Source of the DNA: Candidatus Hadarchaeales archaeon
Lineage (GTDB): Archaea > Hadarchaeota > Hadarchaeia > Hadarchaeales > Hadarchaeaceae
NCBI GenBank assembly: GCA_038872135.1
Contig: JAVZGN010000005.1
Location: 1-57,284 of the forward strand
Direction: 5' to 3'
DNA length: 57,284 nucleotides
Shown: piece by piece, positions 54,664-57,284 of the stretch
Numbering within the stretch: position 1 is the first letter of the stretch
Layout of the letters: every line of letters starts with the position of its first letter
Program-made: the position numbers and the translations under genes
The notes under the pieces: generated by a model
Told to the model about the DNA's origin: nothing
The model's database searches: none
The model's input: the letters and a program-made list of their open reading frames with translations, nothing else

Positions 54664-56019
54664 ATGGAAAAAGTCGAAAGGCCAAAAATTGTTGTTAGGC
54701 CTCCAGGACCAAAGGCTAAAGAATTCATTGCTAGAGATCATCGGATAACATCTCCCTCCCTCACGCGGACGGCGCCTCTGGTTGGAGTTGAGGAGGAGGG
54801 GGTCTGGATAAAAGACATAGATGGGAACATCTTCCTAGATTTTGGCTCTGGCATCGCCGTCACCAACATCGGCCACAAACACCCAAAAGTTGTGGAGGCG
54901 ATAAAGCGCCAATCGGAAAAGCTTATTTTCATCAACAGCTGTGATTTCTACACCATCCCCCAGGTTCACCTGATGGAAAAGCTGGCCCAGATAACCCCGG
55001 GAAAATTCAAGAAAAGGGTTTTTCTGGGGAATTCTGGGGCAGAAGCAGTTGAGTGTGCATTGAAAATATCCCAGTGGCACACAAGAAACTACTATGTGAT
55101 CTCTTTCATCGGCGGCTTCCACGGGAGGACCATGGGAGCTCTGCAGCTCACCACAACTTCTGTTGCTGCGAGAAGGCATTACAAGGGGATGATGCCTGGG
55201 ACCTTCCACGTCCCTTACGCTTACTGCTATCGGTGTCCTTTCAAGCAAGAATACCCCGGGTGCGGCCTCTGGTGCGTGGGGTACATTGAGGAGATCATCT
55301 TGAAGAAGGTTGTTCCGCCAGATGATGTTTCCTGTCTTCTGATTGAGCCCATCCAAGGAGCTGGCGGCTACATCGTCCCCCCCGATGAGTATCTCCCGGC
55401 GATAGCAAAGTTGTGCAGGGATCATGGAATAATCTTCGTTGCAGATGAGGTTCAGAGTGGCTTCTGCAGGACTGGAAAGTGGTTTGCGTGCGAGCACTGG
55501 GGAGTTGAACCAGATATAATCACCCTCTCAAAAGCGATAGCTGCTGGCCTTCCCTGTGGTGCAGCGGTTTCCAGAGCAGAGCTGATGGACTGGGAGCCAG
55601 GGGCCCATGAAAACACTCTTGGTGGTAACCCAGTTGTGTGTGAGGCTGCCCTTGCAGCAATAGAAGTTATGGAAACTGAAAAGCTCGACAGAAACGCTGA
55701 AAGGGTGGGGGGATACCTCATCCAGAGGTTTAGGGAGTTGGCCGAGGAACACGAGATAATCGGTGATGTCAGAGGGAAAGGGATGATGATCGGAATAGAA
55801 TTCGTTAAAGACAGAAAAACAAAGGAGGTTGCCACCCAGCTTCGAGATGCTATTCTCCAGAAGGCATTTGAAAAAGGCCTCATCCTTTTGGCTGCGGGCC
55901 CGACCTCTCTCAGGCTTGCCCCGCCCCTCATCCTGACAAAGGAGCAGGCGGATGTTGGACTCGAGATATTTGAAGAAGTTCTAAAAGAAGTTGAAAAAGA
56001 CAAAAAACTTCTCCGGTGA
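54664..56019 (+). CDS. Class III PLP aminotransferase (4-aminobutyrate/ornithine type)
   Basis: NSGAEAVE, FHGRT, EPIQGAGG, DEVQSG..RTG, SK, TLGGNP. Confidence 0.92.
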   Translation: MEKVERPKIVVRPPGPKAKEFIARDHRITSPSLTRTAPLVGVEEEGVWIKDIDGNIFLDFGSGIAVTNIGHKHPKVVEAIKRQSEKLIFINSCDFYTIPQVHLMEKLAQITPGKFKKRVFLGNSGAEAVECALKISQWHTRNYYVISFIGGFHGRTMGALQLTTTSVAARRHYKGMMPGTFHVPYAYCYRCPFKQEYPGCGLWCVGYIEEIILKKVVPPDDVSCLLIEPIQGAGGYIVPPDEYLPAIAKLCRDHGIIFVADEVQSGFCRTGKWFACEHWGVEPDIITLSKAIAAGLPCGAAVSRAELMDWEPGAHENTLGGNPVVCEAALAAIEVMETEKLDRNAERVGGYLIQRFRELAEEHEIIGDVRGKGMMIGIEFVKDRKTKEVATQLRDAILQKAFEKGLILLAAGPTSLRLAPPLILTKEQADVGLEIFEEVLKEVEKDKKLLR

Positions 56020-56981
56020 CGGAAACGCTAGAAGAGTTAAAACCACTCGCCACCGTCTTCGTCATGGTTTTTGCGGGCGTGGGGCTGAAAGTTCTTTCAA
56101 AAAATCCTCATTTCGGGAAGCCTATCCAGAGATTCTTTATCTTTCTGAACAGTTTCGCTATATGGTGTATTCTTCCAGTCGTTGTGTTTTTTTCAATCGC
56201 GAGGTTCAGTTCAGCCACAATAGCGGGATTTACAAATGCAGCAATCTTCGCTATCCTTGGATGTTCCGCATGCTTTGTATTTTCAGTGGCTATTTCTCAT
56301 GTAGCTAGGGATGATAAAATCAAAACAACGGCCTTAGCGCTCAACTCGGCATTCATGAATGTGACCTATCTTGGTTTTCCCGTCGTCTACTCCCTTCTCG
56401 GTCCCGCCGCGCTCGGTCCCGCCGCAATATATGCTGTTGGAATAGGTGTGCCCCATGTGATCTTTGGCACTGTCCTCATGTCCTCGGTCACCAAGAAGAA
56501 AATCACAGCCAAGGACATAGTGCTGAACATCCTCACATTTCCAGCAGCTTTTGCACTTATAGTCGCCCTTCTTTTTGTTTTCTTAAATGCCAACGTTCCA
56601 TCAACAATTTTGAACATCTTTGATAGCTATCTCACCCTCCCATTCTTCTTGCTTCTCCTTCTTCTTGTGGGATATCTTACACCGATCGTTAGTCCAAAAA
56701 AATACTTTGATGATCTCATCACCGTCGGCGCCATCAGATTTCTCCTATGCCCACTCATCACCTATGTTGCGATAGGTGCACTGGGGCTGGCATTCACTAA
56801 GGAATATTTCACGCCAAAACCGTCGCTGATACTGTCTGCGATGCCACCTGCAGTTTTTAATGTTCTTCTGGCCAGCCACTACAGGCATGAGCACGAGAGG
56901 TATGGGGCAGTGGTCTTCTATCTCACAATTTTCTTCCTCTTCGCGGTTTTCCCAATTCTTTCGATGCTCATGAGAAGCTGA
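56016..56981 (+). CDS. AEC (auxin efflux carrier) family transporter
   Basis: NVTYLGFP, SAMPPA, about 10 TM. Confidence 0.82.
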   Translation: MTETLEELKPLATVFVMVFAGVGLKVLSKNPHFGKPIQRFFIFLNSFAIWCILPVVVFFSIARFSSATIAGFTNAAIFAILGCSACFVFSVAISHVARDDKIKTTALALNSAFMNVTYLGFPVVYSLLGPAALGPAAIYAVGIGVPHVIFGTVLMSSVTKKKITAKDIVLNILTFPAAFALIVALLFVFLNANVPSTILNIFDSYLTLPFFLLLLLLVGYLTPIVSPKKYFDDLITVGAIRFLLCPLITYVAIGALGLAFTKEYFTPKPSLILSAMPPAVFNVLLASHYRHEHERYGAVVFYLTIFFLFAVFPILSMLMRS

Positions 56982-57217
56982 ATTTCAGCGTGCTTGGCTC
57001 AGTTCTCCGGAGATCTTCCGGTAGCTTCATGAAAGTTCCCAGATGCTCAGCCATGTTGAACATCCACGCTTTTGATGGAACGGGAGCGTAACTCAGCCCA
57101 TCAATAGCCTCCTCCTTCAATTTTTCGATATTTTCCCGGAGATGATCTACAATCCCATGCTGTGTTGCATAACTTCCCAATGTGGGCTTGATTTTTCTCT
57201 TCCGTCACCTCCCTCAT
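56968..57217 (-). pseudogene. Small ORF apparently frameshifted in an A5 run
   Basis: ATG 57217 overlaps the upstream stop (ATGA); MREVTEEK joins IKPTLGSYATQHG.. only if one A at 57192-57196 is removed. Confidence 0.35.
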
Positions 57218-57284
57218 GCTCCAGTCACCCATGGTGGCTGGGTGGTCTTGTCATACCTTATAACCGAGTTGTAGAAGAGGAACT
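57214..57284 (-). CDS. 3' end of an unidentified gene (partial)
   Basis: Open frame FLFYNSVIRYDKTTQPPWVTGA* entering from the window edge. Confidence 0.4.
   Translation of the reverse strand, partial: FLFYNSVIRYDKTTQPPWVTGA

Overview
Archaeal chromosomal window, probably from an anaerobic, thermophilic euryarchaeote-like lineage. Evidence is archaeal-type CCA enzyme, ApgM, GHMP shikimate kinase, DacZ, NurA/HerA, two AOR-family enzymes, CofC and a BHB tRNA intron; a finer assignment such as Hadarchaeota is only a guess. Housekeeping blocks: ftsY, cca, apgM, mtnA, RecJ/GAN, lig, dacZ, aroA-C-K-chorismate mutase, pgk, tpiA, deoC-aor, lplA. Four tRNAs: Gly-TCC, Ser-CGA, Thr-TGT and intron-containing Met-CAT. 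Most notable: (1) a ~9 kb accessory island between tRNA-Ser and tRNA-Thr encoding a wHTH-fused, catalytically degenerate Ski2/Hel308-like helicase, a Cys-rich microprotein, a wHTH protein, a 4-Cys Cas4/AddB-like nuclease, a soluble FtsH-like AAA+/M41 protease and a second diadenylate cyclase with DGA changed to EGT; (2) a candidate DNA uptake/foraging locus of a TctA-like permease, a membrane-anchored tandem OB-fold protein and seven class III pilins next to deoC-aor-tpiA; (3) an identical 50-bp promoter cassette ahead of unrelated genes; (4) a tRNA-Met intron carrying a box D guide aimed at its own C34; (5) a six-unit palindromic G-tract array bracketed by 16-bp direct repeats upstream of nurA-herA. 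All family calls come from motif recognition by eye; no database searches were run.
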